A DNA stretch of 64,000 nucleotides from an uncultured Acidobacteriota bacterium (GCA_963771395.1 CAVYTY010000029.1:13206-77205); one strand, 5' to 3'; positions 7,949 through 16,097 are shown, counted from the stretch's first letter. Notes: a model not told the origin generated them from the letters alone. Made by a program: numbers and translations.

Positions 7949-9352
7949 CTACCCCGCGCAGACGCGGTCGAACGCCTGGAGGATCGATGCCGCGGATCGG
8001 TCGATATCGTCCTCGTTCGTTCGCCAGTTCGAGACCGAGATCCGCATCGCGGGAGCGCCTCCCCACATCGTCCCGCCACACCAGCACACGCCCGAGGCCT
8101 GGACTGCCGCCATGACGTGGTGCGTGATGTTCTCGTCGGTCCGCCCCGACAGTGACGAGAACCGGACGAGGACCTGATTGAGGACCACCTCGTTGAGAAC
8201 CAGCACTCCCGGTTGATTCGAGAGCCTGTCGGCCATGCGCACCGCCAGCCGGCAGCAGCGATCCACGAGATCGGCGAGACCCGATCGGCCGAGCGTCCGC
8301 AGCACGGCGTAGATCGGTACGACACGGGCGCGGCGTGAGGCCTCGGGTACCCAGTCGGTTCCGTCACGCTGCTCACCTTGACCGGGCGTGAGGTAGGCGG
8401 CCGTCTGACTCATCGCCGCGCGGTGGGCCGCGGGATGACGCACGATCACGATGCCGCTGTCGTACGGGACGTTGAGCCACTTGTGCCCGTCGGTCGTCCA
8501 CGAATCGGCATCCGCGAGCCCGGAGACGAGCCGGCGATAGCTGGGTGAGGCGGCAGCCCACAAGCCGAAGGCTCCATCGACGTGCAGCCATGCTCCGTGC
8601 GCGCGGGTGAGCTCTGCGATCTCGAGCAGGGGATCACACGCGCCGGTGTTCACGTTCCCGACCTGCGCACAGACAATCGTCGGACCTGGCGTCGCCGACA
8701 GAGCCCACTCGAGCGCATCGGGCCGCATGCGACCCTGTTCGTCGGTGGCCACCCCCATGATCGTCCGGCTGCCGACGCCGATCATCCGGCACGCGGCGTG
8801 GATCGAGGCGTGAGCCTCCTGGCTGGCGACGACTGTCAGCGCCGGCGCTCCCTGCAGGCCGAGGGACTCGACGTCCCACCTCGCGCGGCGCAACACTTCG
8901 TGCCGCGCCGCTGCCAGCGCGGTCACGTTGGCCGTGTGCGCGCCGGTCACGAACCCGACGCTCGCCTGCTCGGGCAGGCCGAGCAGGTCCAGAATCCAGC
9001 GCGCCGTGCAGGCCTCGAGCGCCGACATCGCGGGGGACATGATGTGCAGGGCGACGTTCTGGTCCCACGTCGACACGAGCCAGTCGGCGGCCACGGCGAT
9101 GGGATAACTCCCTCCGGTCACGAAGCCGAAATAGCGCGGCCCGGCGGTGGCGACGATACCGGGCTCGAGGCGAGCGGTCAGGTCAAGAAGGACGCTGAGC
9201 TCGTCCTGAGGGCCCGACGGAAGCGGACCTCCGAGAGCGGCCACCAGCTCGTCGAACGACGCTCTTGGGGCCACGGGTCGATCGGGCAATGAGTTGAGAA
9301 AGGCCATGGCCTGCTCATGGGCGCGCGCCAGCAGGTCATAGGGTTGAGCCAT
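7949..9352 (-). CDS. PLP-dependent decarboxylase (group II, aromatic-amino-acid decarboxylase-like)
   Basis: ORF 7949..9439 trimmed to ATG 9352 (MAQPYDLLARAHE). GPRYFGFVTGG; PLP-lysine block DGHKWLNVPYDSG. Confidence 0.85.
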   Translation of the reverse strand: MAQPYDLLARAHEQAMAFLNSLPDRPVAPRASFDELVAALGGPLPSGPQDELSVLLDLTARLEPGIVATAGPRYFGFVTGGSYPIAVAADWLVSTWDQNVALHIMSPAMSALEACTARWILDLLGLPEQASVGFVTGAHTANVTALAAARHEVLRRARWDVESLGLQGAPALTVVASQEAHASIHAACRMIGVGSRTIMGVATDEQGRMRPDALEWALSATPGPTIVCAQVGNVNTGACDPLLEIAELTRAHGAWLHVDGAFGLWAAASPSYRRLVSGLADADSWTTDGHKWLNVPYDSGIVIVRHPAAHRAAMSQTAAYLTPGQGEQRDGTDWVPEASRRARVVPIYAVLRTLGRSGLADLVDRCCRLAVRMADRLSNQPGVLVLNEVVLNQVLVRFSSLSGRTDENITHHVMAAVQASGVCWCGGTMWGGAPAMRISVSNWRTNEDDIDRSAASILQAFDRVCAG

Positions 9353-9432
9353 CAGACAAGTAGTATGCGACCGAATTCGTCTGTTGTTGGGCTTGATCAC
9401 AGGGCGACTGTCATCCGACTGTGTTTGTAGTC

Positions 9433-9461
9433 TTGACAAATTTATTTGTCGGATCTATCCT
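9433..9461 (+). promoter_or_regulatory. sigma70-like promoter with overlapping palindromic operator, upstream of the ArsR-family gene
   Basis: TTGACA (9433-9438), 17-nt spacer, TATCCT (9456-9461). The ATG at 9469 is only 7 nt downstream, implying a leaderless or near-leaderless mRNA. A 7-2-7 palindrome GACAAATttATTTGTC (9435-9450) overlaps the -35 box and spacer. AT-rich island in GC-rich DNA. Confidence 0.45.
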
Positions 9462-9468
9462 CTCCGCG

Positions 9469-10098
9469 ATGTTGCCAAGAGCCTCCGGCGTGCAGGTCAT
9501 TCAACCAGAGACGGCCGCCACAGCCCTTCGGGGCACGCGGCGCACCTTGCTCGCCGCGCTGGCCGAGCCCGACTCTGCCGCCGGGCTCGCCCGAAGGCTG
9601 GGGCTCCCCCGCCAACGGCTCAACTACCATCTGAAAGCGCTCGAGCACTGCGGGTTGCTCGAGTGCGTCGAGGAGCGCCGGAAAGGAAACTGCACCGAAC
9701 GAATTCTCCGCGCCACAGCCCACTCGTTCGTGATCAGCCCCGACGCGCTCGGCGCCCTCGGTCACACCCCGGAAGCAGCGCACGATCGCTTCAGCGCTTC
9801 CTACGTGGTCGCAGTCGCGGCCCGGACGATCACCGAAGTCTCTTCGCTCGACGCACGGGCACGAGCCGAGCACAAGCGACTCTCCACGCTTGCCATCGAC
9901 GCGGAGATCCGCTTCGCGTCTCCCGAGTCCCGCGCGGCCTTTGCCTCGGAGCTGGCCGATCGCGTGGCCGAGCTCGTCGCGAAGTATCACGACGACGTGT
10001 CGCCTCGCGGCCGCCGCTGTCGCGTCGTGGCGCTGGCACATCCGCTGGCGGACGTCCCGCCGCCGGATGCCGCGGCCCTTTCCCCCTCAACCCCCTGA
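9469..10098 (+). CDS. ArsR/SmtB-family winged-helix transcriptional regulator
   Basis: ORF 9421..10098 trimmed to ATG 9469. RRTLLAALAEPDSAAGLARRLGLPRQRLNYHLKALEHCGLL is a wHTH. Followed by an SRPBCC/AHSA1 gene, a common pairing. Confidence 0.8.
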   Translation: MLPRASGVQVIQPETAATALRGTRRTLLAALAEPDSAAGLARRLGLPRQRLNYHLKALEHCGLLECVEERRKGNCTERILRATAHSFVISPDALGALGHTPEAAHDRFSASYVVAVAARTITEVSSLDARARAEHKRLSTLAIDAEIRFASPESRAAFASELADRVAELVAKYHDDVSPRGRRCRVVALAHPLADVPPPDAAALSPSTP

Positions 10099-10126
10099 CG
10101 CTACGCCTCGAGAACAGGAGTAACAC

Positions 10127-10975
10127 ATGGCATCCACGTCCGATAAACCCGTCGCCGCGACGGAGCGCGCGAGCCGGACTTTCTCGATGTCTCTCGACAT
10201 CAACGCGACGCCGGAGGACATCTGGCGCGCGCTCACCGACGCGGGTGAGCTGGTGCGGTGGTTCCCGCTGCAGGCGCGGGTGACGCCTGGGAAGGGAGGC
10301 TCCGTCTTCTGGGGATGGGACGGCCACTTCGCGTGGGAGTCACAAATCGACGCATGGGAGCCTGGCAGGCGCCTGAGGCTCATCGAGAACCGGCCCGCCT
10401 TCGACGTGAACGGCGAACCGCTGCCGGGTCCCTCGCAGCAGATGGCCATGGAGTTCACGCTCGAGACGCACGCGGGGCGGACGACCCTGCGCTTCGTGCA
10501 CTCCGGCTTCAGTGAGGGATCGACCTGGGACGACGAGCTGGAATCGGTGAGCGCGGGCTGGCAGTTCGAATTGCGTGGACTGCGCCACTACCTCGAGCAC
10601 CACAAGGGCCGCGACCGGCAGCACGCATCGGTGCACCACGTAACCTCGCTCACCGCCGCCGAGGTATGGACGCGGCTCCTCAGCCCGGCAGCCTTCGTCG
10701 TCACCGAAGGTCACCTGGCGCAGGGTGAACGGATCGTGATCCACGCGGCGACCGGCGACGTGATCGCGGGCACCGTCGCGTGGCACAACCCCGGCCGCGA
10801 TCTGTTCGTCAGGGTCGATGATCTGGAAGACGGTGTGTTCCGCCTGAGCACCTGGCATGCGGGCGGACAGACTGGACTTCAGGTGTGGATGACAACCTAC
10901 GACGCGAGACACGCCGAGCGTGTGCGCGAGTTCGGCGCTCGGGCGCAGCAGCTGGTCGACCAGGTGTTCCGGTGA
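10127..10975 (+). CDS. SRPBCC superfamily protein (Aha1/AHSA1-like), two tandem domains
   Basis: ATG 10127 behind AGGAG. ...INATPEDIWRALTDAGELVRWFP... is typical of the AHSA1 family. 282 aa. Confidence 0.8.
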   Translation: MASTSDKPVAATERASRTFSMSLDINATPEDIWRALTDAGELVRWFPLQARVTPGKGGSVFWGWDGHFAWESQIDAWEPGRRLRLIENRPAFDVNGEPLPGPSQQMAMEFTLETHAGRTTLRFVHSGFSEGSTWDDELESVSAGWQFELRGLRHYLEHHKGRDRQHASVHHVTSLTAAEVWTRLLSPAAFVVTEGHLAQGERIVIHAATGDVIAGTVAWHNPGRDLFVRVDDLEDGVFRLSTWHAGGQTGLQVWMTTYDARHAERVREFGARAQQLVDQVFR

Positions 10976-11028
10976 TCGAGCAGGGGCTCGCGGGTTCGGG
11001 CTCATCTGGCCATGCACTCAATCGCGTT

Positions 11029-11415
11029 TCATCCGCGTGCCGCTCCTCGCTCTTCCCGCGACACCGCAGCATTTTCTTCGTGAGCGTTCGGAATCTCGTC
11101 GATGGATCGAAACACGGAGAGCCCGCGCGCCCGAAACGTCTCGACCTCGTCATCGGCCCCCTGCGACGCGCCTTCGATCCTCAAGACCGCATCGCAGCGC
11201 TCCGTCAGGCTGATGGACAGCGCCGCCATGATCTGTCCGTACGATTCCTGACCGGCGGTCTCAATGACTGGCAGAGCCAGATTCACGCCAATGATCGGGA
11301 CATGGCCCTTCTCGAGAATGGCAAGGGCGGATCGATTGAGTGTCCGCAGGTTCTGCGCCCAGACCTCCGGATCGGACGAACCGGAGCGATACGGGCCCGC
11401 CACCATGATCCACAT
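11029..11415 (-). CDS. hypothetical protein, paralogue of 52887..53258 (possibly nucleoside 2-deoxyribosyltransferase-like Rossmann fold)
   Basis: ORF 11029..11448 trimmed to MWIMVAGPYRSGSSDPEV. Shares with 52887..53258 the blocks AGPYRSG, GH(V/I)PI(I/V)G, LALP, RCDAVLR and GAD. Function not recognised with certainty. Confidence 0.6.
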   Translation of the reverse strand: MWIMVAGPYRSGSSDPEVWAQNLRTLNRSALAILEKGHVPIIGVNLALPVIETAGQESYGQIMAALSISLTERCDAVLRIEGASQGADDEVETFRARGLSVFRSIDEIPNAHEENAAVSREERGAARG

Positions 11416-11513
11416 GCGCTCGCAGCCCCTCGTGGTCACATTGCACACCGCGGCTAGACCGCGCCCGCAACGACGGCCACGTCAATCGCCAATCACAGGC
11501 ATGTGCTCGTGCA

Positions 11514-11877
11514 TCACCCGGCTCGTGTGCCCGCCGGAACCGCTCGCTCGGGCACTGCCAGCACGGGCACCAGCCCGTCGGCGTGTCCGATATCGAATAG
11601 CATGGCCTCCGAGATTCCGACCAGCCATCCGGCGCGGCGGGAGGTTGACCACGAACAACGCCTGACGACCCACCACTTCCGATGGATCCGCCCGTTCCCG
11701 CTTCATGCCGACAAGCACCTGCCGGCTGTGGTCGCCGAAACTGACCCGAAGCTCGACCAGCTTCTCCGAGCCGGACACGTCCGTCAATGCTTCGATGGTA
11801 CCCACCCGAACGTCGATTCGGTTCAGCTCGTCGATCGACACCGGCGGCTTGATTGGGACGGGGACAGGCGGTGACAT
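11514..11877 (-). CDS. tRNA-binding OB-fold protein (CsaA/Trbp111-like); frame broken once
   Basis: ORF 11482..11952 from ATG 11877 gives MSPPVPVPIKPPVSIDELNRIDVRVGTIE...FVVNLPPRRMAG, then junk. Skipping one base at about 11617-11622 gives GISEAMLFDIGHADGLVPVLAVPERAVPAGTRAG-stop (TGA 11516-11514). Confidence 0.75.
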
Positions 11878-11882
11878 GTCGA

Positions 11883-12872
11883 CTACCTCGCGGCGTACTT
11901 GTCGGCGCCAAGGAAGTGGAGCGACACGTACGGCTCGCCGCCGACGACCCAACTGTCGTGCGGTTCCGGCGGAATGTAAAACAAGTCCCCCGCGCGGAGC
12001 TCGATAACCCGACCGTTGTCGAACGCCGCCGTGGCCACACCTGAAACGACCAGCCCCACGTGCTCAACGGTGCAACGCGACGCTCCAACCTCTGGACCCA
12101 CGTGCGCCGACCACTTCCAACCCGGTTGGTACGTCGCCCTGCCGATCGTCTGTCCGGCAAGGCGAACCACCTCAAAACGGCCGAGCGGCATCTCCCGGAC
12201 CTCGTCTGGAGTTTCGAACCGCCTGAGGATCACGCCGACGTCCATTCCGCCCTCCTGACGAAAGTGCCTGCGCATGGGCACGAACTGAATGTCAACGCCG
12301 CCAGGCAAGGCGTGTTGGACCGGCTCTCGAGAGATGTAGCCGCAGCTGCTGTATAGACGTTTGCCTGGCAGCGTGGCCATCAGTTCGGCCGACGCGAAAC
12401 CGCGCGCTCGGGCCTCCGCCTCGCACAGCTCGAGCGTTGTCCGGCCAAGGCCTCTGCGCGCCCAGTCCGGATGGACGAAGAACGCTCGAATCCGCGCGGC
12501 ATCGCGAGCGGGATCCAGCGGCTCGGGCTGACGATCGGCCAGGCCATCGCTTCCGAAAAGCGTCTTCCGCCAACTCCACCCGCCGCAGGCGACGAGCGTC
12601 CCGTCCGTCTCGGCCACGAAGTAGGTTCCGTCCCGGACCAATTGGGTGTCGACGCCCAGAGCGGATCCGAGCGCTGCCTCGATCTGTTCCTCGGAGTAGT
12701 CGTCTCGGCTCAGTCCACGTGTGGCGAGCGCGATGAGCCGCTCGATCTCAGGAATGTCGTCTGGAGACGCACGGCGGAACCGAGCGACGACCGCTCGTCC
12801 TTCGGGGTCTCGAATCGGAATCTGAGCAAGCACGTGGAGTCCTCGTCCGGGGGCAGGCGATGGTCGGGCCAC
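11883..12872 (-). CDS. GNAT N-acetyltransferase fused to a C-terminal cupin domain
   Basis: Single 329-aa ORF. N-terminal half has ...FVAETDGTLVACGGW...RIRAFFVHPDWARRGLGRTTLELCEAEARARGF (GNAT motif A). C-terminal half from MDVGVILRRFETPDE...GDLFYIPPEPHDSWVVGGEPYVSLHF is cupin-like. No stop between the halves. The start could also be the internal GTG at 12833. Confidence 0.75.
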   Translation of the reverse strand: MARPSPAPGRGLHVLAQIPIRDPEGRAVVARFRRASPDDIPEIERLIALATRGLSRDDYSEEQIEAALGSALGVDTQLVRDGTYFVAETDGTLVACGGWSWRKTLFGSDGLADRQPEPLDPARDAARIRAFFVHPDWARRGLGRTTLELCEAEARARGFASAELMATLPGKRLYSSCGYISREPVQHALPGGVDIQFVPMRRHFRQEGGMDVGVILRRFETPDEVREMPLGRFEVVRLAGQTIGRATYQPGWKWSAHVGPEVGASRCTVEHVGLVVSGVATAAFDNGRVIELRAGDLFYIPPEPHDSWVVGGEPYVSLHFLGADKYAAR

Positions 12873-12913
12873 TCATGGCGTTCTCGCTAACCGCCGCCTC
12901 CGAACAATTCAGG

Positions 12914-13040
12914 CTGTCACGGACTCACGGTCAACTCACGATGGCACGATGACGCGATGAACACGATGAAACCTTTAAGTCTTGTCATCGTGCTCATCGT
13001 GCCATTGTGCCATCGTGCCGGAGCCGTCGGCCCGTGACAG
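12914..13040. repeat. tandem-motif hairpin element (CACGATG unit)
   Basis: Arms of about 60 nt, 12914-12972 and 12981-13040, are imperfect reverse complements. Each arm is a degenerate array of CACGATG(N2-3). Confidence 0.85.
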
Positions 13041-13047
13041 TAATCAC

Positions 13048-13563
13048 CTACGACGCGACCTCGTCGAACTCTTCTCTGTACTTGGCTACACCGGACACGC
13101 CCGCCATGGCCGGCGCATCCAGAACCAGCGCCATGAACGCCGCCTCCGGCATTCCCTCCCATTGGCTCGCGAGGCGGTGCGTCGAAGCGGGCTCGAACCC
13201 GAAGCGCGGGTAGTACTCAGGGTGGCCGACGACGACGACGAAAGGACAGCCGCGCTCACGGAGGATGTCGAGACCTCGGCGTACGAGTTGGGAGCCTATC
13301 CCCTGTCGCTGGCGATCGGGGAGCACGGCCATCGGAGCCAATCCCATCCCGAGGACTCGTCGCCCCATGCTCTCGACCACTACCGGCGTGAACAGAATGT
13401 GACCGACAACGTCGTCGTCCACAGCCACCAACGACAGCGCGTCAGGGCTGGCCTGCCGCAGTTTGTCGACGAGGTCAGCCTCCGCCGGCTGCGCGAACGC
13501 CAGCTCGTTGACGTGTCGAACCTGGGCGGCGTCCTCTATCTTCTCGGGACGGATGGCAATCAT
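13048..13563 (-). CDS. GNAT family N-acetyltransferase
   Basis: ORF 13048..13695 trimmed to ATG 13563 behind GGAGGA. MIAIRPEKIEDAAQVRHVNELAF...LPDRQRQGIGSQLVRRGL...YYPRFGF. Confidence 0.85.
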   Translation of the reverse strand: MIAIRPEKIEDAAQVRHVNELAFAQPAEADLVDKLRQASPDALSLVAVDDDVVGHILFTPVVVESMGRRVLGMGLAPMAVLPDRQRQGIGSQLVRRGLDILRERGCPFVVVVGHPEYYPRFGFEPASTHRLASQWEGMPEAAFMALVLDAPAMAGVSGVAKYREEFDEVAS

Positions 13564-13576
13564 GCTTCCTCCGAAA

Positions 13577-14062
13577 TCACGCCGCACGGCGCCTCGCCGC
13601 CCGGACGCCGAGCGTGAGCCCACCAGCGCCGAGCGCCACCAGCAACAGAACGGTATCCGCCGGATGGTTGGCGATGGCGGCGAGGTCCGCGGCAAGCGTC
13701 GGCCTCATGTGTGGACCCCCCGCAAACAGGAAACGGCCGCCTGCCAGCAACACCAGGGCCTGAAGCGGCGCCACCGCCACTCCCACCTGGCCGAGCAACC
13801 AGGGCCGGCCCGGACCAGTCATGGCCCGTGCGCCCCCAACTGCCGGCAACAGCACTCCGCCGACGACCAGCGCAAACGGCGCGCTCATGATCGGCGCGTA
13901 AATCACGACGAGTTCGACGATCGCAGTGCGATCGTGCATTGCCGCAATCGCCACAGCGCCGCACAGCCCCGTTATCACGGTGACCAGCCAGGCGCCCGCG
14001 GCGGCGGGCAGAAGCGACCGGATGTTCGCCAGAGTTTCACGAAACGTCATCAGGCCCCTCAT
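13577..14062 (-). CDS. hypothetical integral membrane protein
   Basis: ATG 14062 overlaps the upstream stop (ATGA overlap at 14059-14062). About four hydrophobic segments (AWLVTVITGLCGAVAIAA, VVIYAPIMSAPFALVVGGVLL and others). Confidence 0.55.
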   Translation of the reverse strand: MRGLMTFRETLANIRSLLPAAAGAWLVTVITGLCGAVAIAAMHDRTAIVELVVIYAPIMSAPFALVVGGVLLPAVGGARAMTGPGRPWLLGQVGVAVAPLQALVLLAGGRFLFAGGPHMRPTLAADLAAIANHPADTVLLLVALGAGGLTLGVRAARRRAA

Positions 14063-14607
14063 CGGCACGAGCCGGCACCCCACTGCACGAACACCCAGCG
14101 ATCCTGAATGCGGCGATATTGCGCCCGACGCTCGCAGCAGCACATCTTCACAATTGCGGGATCGGCGGGGGCCACGAAGTCCACGCCCAGCGACATCGTC
14201 GCCGTGTCTCCGGACCACTCGAAGCGATCGACCGCGATGAAATAGACCAGCGCCCTGACGCGTTCGGCTTCGGCTGCCGCCTCTGCCTCGGAGAGGAGAC
14301 GAAACTCATAGCCCTCGCGCCTGGGAAGGGCGCCTTCCCCGAGCGTCAATCGCGATAGGGACAGATCGGAGCGGATCGCCACGCTTTTCGCGCCTCGCAA
14401 AAGGCCGATGTCCGGAATGTCCCCCGCAACCAGACGCTCCTCCAGAACCTGTTTGACCAACGTGTCGATCTCTGCACCGGCCGGCCGCGCCTGAGCGTGC
14501 GGCAAGACCAGCGAACCGTCGCACAACGCGAGCGTGCTGTCGGTGGCAGCGCTGAAGACCAGCCCCACGATGAGCGCACGCACACCCAGTTTCGTCATCT
14601 GTTCCAT
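14059..14607 (-). CDS. hypothetical secreted protein
   Basis: ORF 14059..14667 trimmed to MEQMTKLGVRALIVGLVFSAA (signal-like). No motif recognised. Cys-rich C-terminus (KMCCCERR). Confidence 0.5.
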   Translation of the reverse strand: MEQMTKLGVRALIVGLVFSAATDSTLALCDGSLVLPHAQARPAGAEIDTLVKQVLEERLVAGDIPDIGLLRGAKSVAIRSDLSLSRLTLGEGALPRREGYEFRLLSEAEAAAEAERVRALVYFIAVDRFEWSGDTATMSLGVDFVAPADPAIVKMCCCERRAQYRRIQDRWVFVQWGAGSCR

Positions 14608-14790
14608 GTTCTGAATAGCGCAGCGTTCAGCCGCGGCGGCTTCATCATCGCACGCCGTCGGCTGCAAACGGCCGATGCGCCCTCTATATCAGAAGCGCGG
14701 GCGAAGTGACCTTCATCGCCCCGATAGCCAATCTCGCACTGCCAGCAACCAGGACTCGGATGAAGCCGTCCCATGCAATCCAGAACGCGG

Positions 14791-15931
14791 TCAACCGACC
14801 CGCAGGCCCCGATCGAGCGCGAAGCATACCAACAGGATGCCGCACACCCCGAGCGTCACGACAATCCAAAAGATGACCGGCGACCAGATCCGGATGAAGT
14901 GTCGTCCCTCGGCAGCGTCCGCGCGGCTCTCGTACGATCGCATCGCCCCGGACGCCGCGTCGCCTAGACGCTGCCCGGCGTCGGCGCGCTGGCTCGCGGG
15001 CCATCTGTGGCCAGTTCGCGAGATGTACGACGGCGTATCGAGGACGGGTGCGTAGGTACTTCTCGAGGATGAGGTTCTCGGACCACGCGGCTCGAATGTC
15101 TCCCGCTTCCCACCGGTGATTCCGCTCCTGGACGTGCAGCAGTCCTTCGCTCATGTACTGGTCTTCGCGGCTCCGGCTGCGCGGTCTCTCGATCGGCGGC
15201 CGATCCTTCCAGAGCGTGAGCCGGTCCTGGCTGATGTTGAGGAGCGTCGCAGCATCGTAGCGCGACCGGAACCTCCCGGCCTCGGGATCGCTCGTCTCCA
15301 CGCCGAGGTGCACGGAGCGGACGAAGAGTGCAAAGAGGAGCGACACGGCGGCTGCCACGACGCCAATCCGTCGAAGCGATCCCGGGCGGAGCATCAACGG
15401 TCGAGCGCCGGGCGGATCGACGCCGACACTGAAGAGCAGCCCGCAGACGATTGCGGCCATGTTGAGGAAGACGTCCCGCATGTCGCCGACACGGCCGGGA
15501 ATGAACCACTGCAGCCACTCTTCGACCGTGCCGACGGCGATGCCCGCCAGCATCGGCAGCACGAACATCGAGGCGTCACCGCGCGGGCGCCAGACGCGGT
15601 AGAAGAGCAGCGCAATGACGCCGTACTCGACAAAGTGGACGCGTTCGACGGCGTCGACTTCGGCGATGCCCTGCGCGTTCCAGAGCGCGTAGACGGTCCC
15701 GAAGGCCAGGGCGAAGACGATGGCGCCGTACCTCAGCGTACGCCGATCCCGGATCCTCAGGAGGGCAACGACGATGGCCCCGCCAATCGCCAGGGCGACG
15801 GCGGTTCCGACGACCGTGGCGTACTGACCCGGGAACGTGGCCCGGATCCAGTCGCGGATGTCGCGGATGAAGGGCGTCGAGAGAATCACTGCGATCGACA
15901 GCGCCACGGCCACCGACAAGCGCACGAACAC
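14791..15931 (-). CDS. VanZ-like family membrane protein with extended C-terminal region; frame broken once
   Basis: GTG 15931. VERVHFVEYGVIALLFYR is VanZ-like. After ...SENLILEKY the listed ORF turns into Arg-rich junk. Removing one base at 15055-15059 (GTACC) gives YAPVLDTPSYISRTGHRWPASQ...WSPVIFWIVVTLGVCGILLVCFALDRGLRVG-stop (TGA 14793-14791). Confidence 0.7.
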
Positions 15932-15934
15932 TCC

Positions 15935-16094
15935 ACGGTTGTACCACAGCTGAGCTCGGGGACATCCAAGGTTGGGTGTCCCCGGGACCTACGGCTGAGC
16001 TCAGGGACATTCAACCTTGGGTGTCCCGGACCTACGGCTGGGCTCGGGGACATTCAACCTTGAGTGTCCCCGACCTCGGCTGTGGTACAACCGT
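15935..16094. repeat. composite structured element: 16-bp inverted repeat enclosing three tandem hairpin units of about 43-45 nt
   Basis: ACGGTTGTACCACAGC (15935-15950) is the reverse complement of GCTGTGGTACAACCGT (16079-16094). Between them are units 15951-15995, 15996-16038 and 16039-16080, each TGAGCTC-GGGGACA-loop-TGTCCCC-GGACCTACGGC. Confidence 0.85.
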
Positions 16095-16097
16095 CGC

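Noticed and set aside
11883-12872. Treating the GNAT and cupin halves as two separate genes
   Set aside because: There is no stop codon between them in this sequence, so a single CDS is reported. The internal MDVGVILRRF… start means separate or additional translation of the cupin half cannot be excluded.
15951-16080. CRISPR-like array (three direct repeats with internal dyad symmetry)
   Set aside because: The repeats of 42-45 nt are contiguous with no spacers. There are only three units, they are enclosed by an inverted repeat, and no cas genes are in the window.
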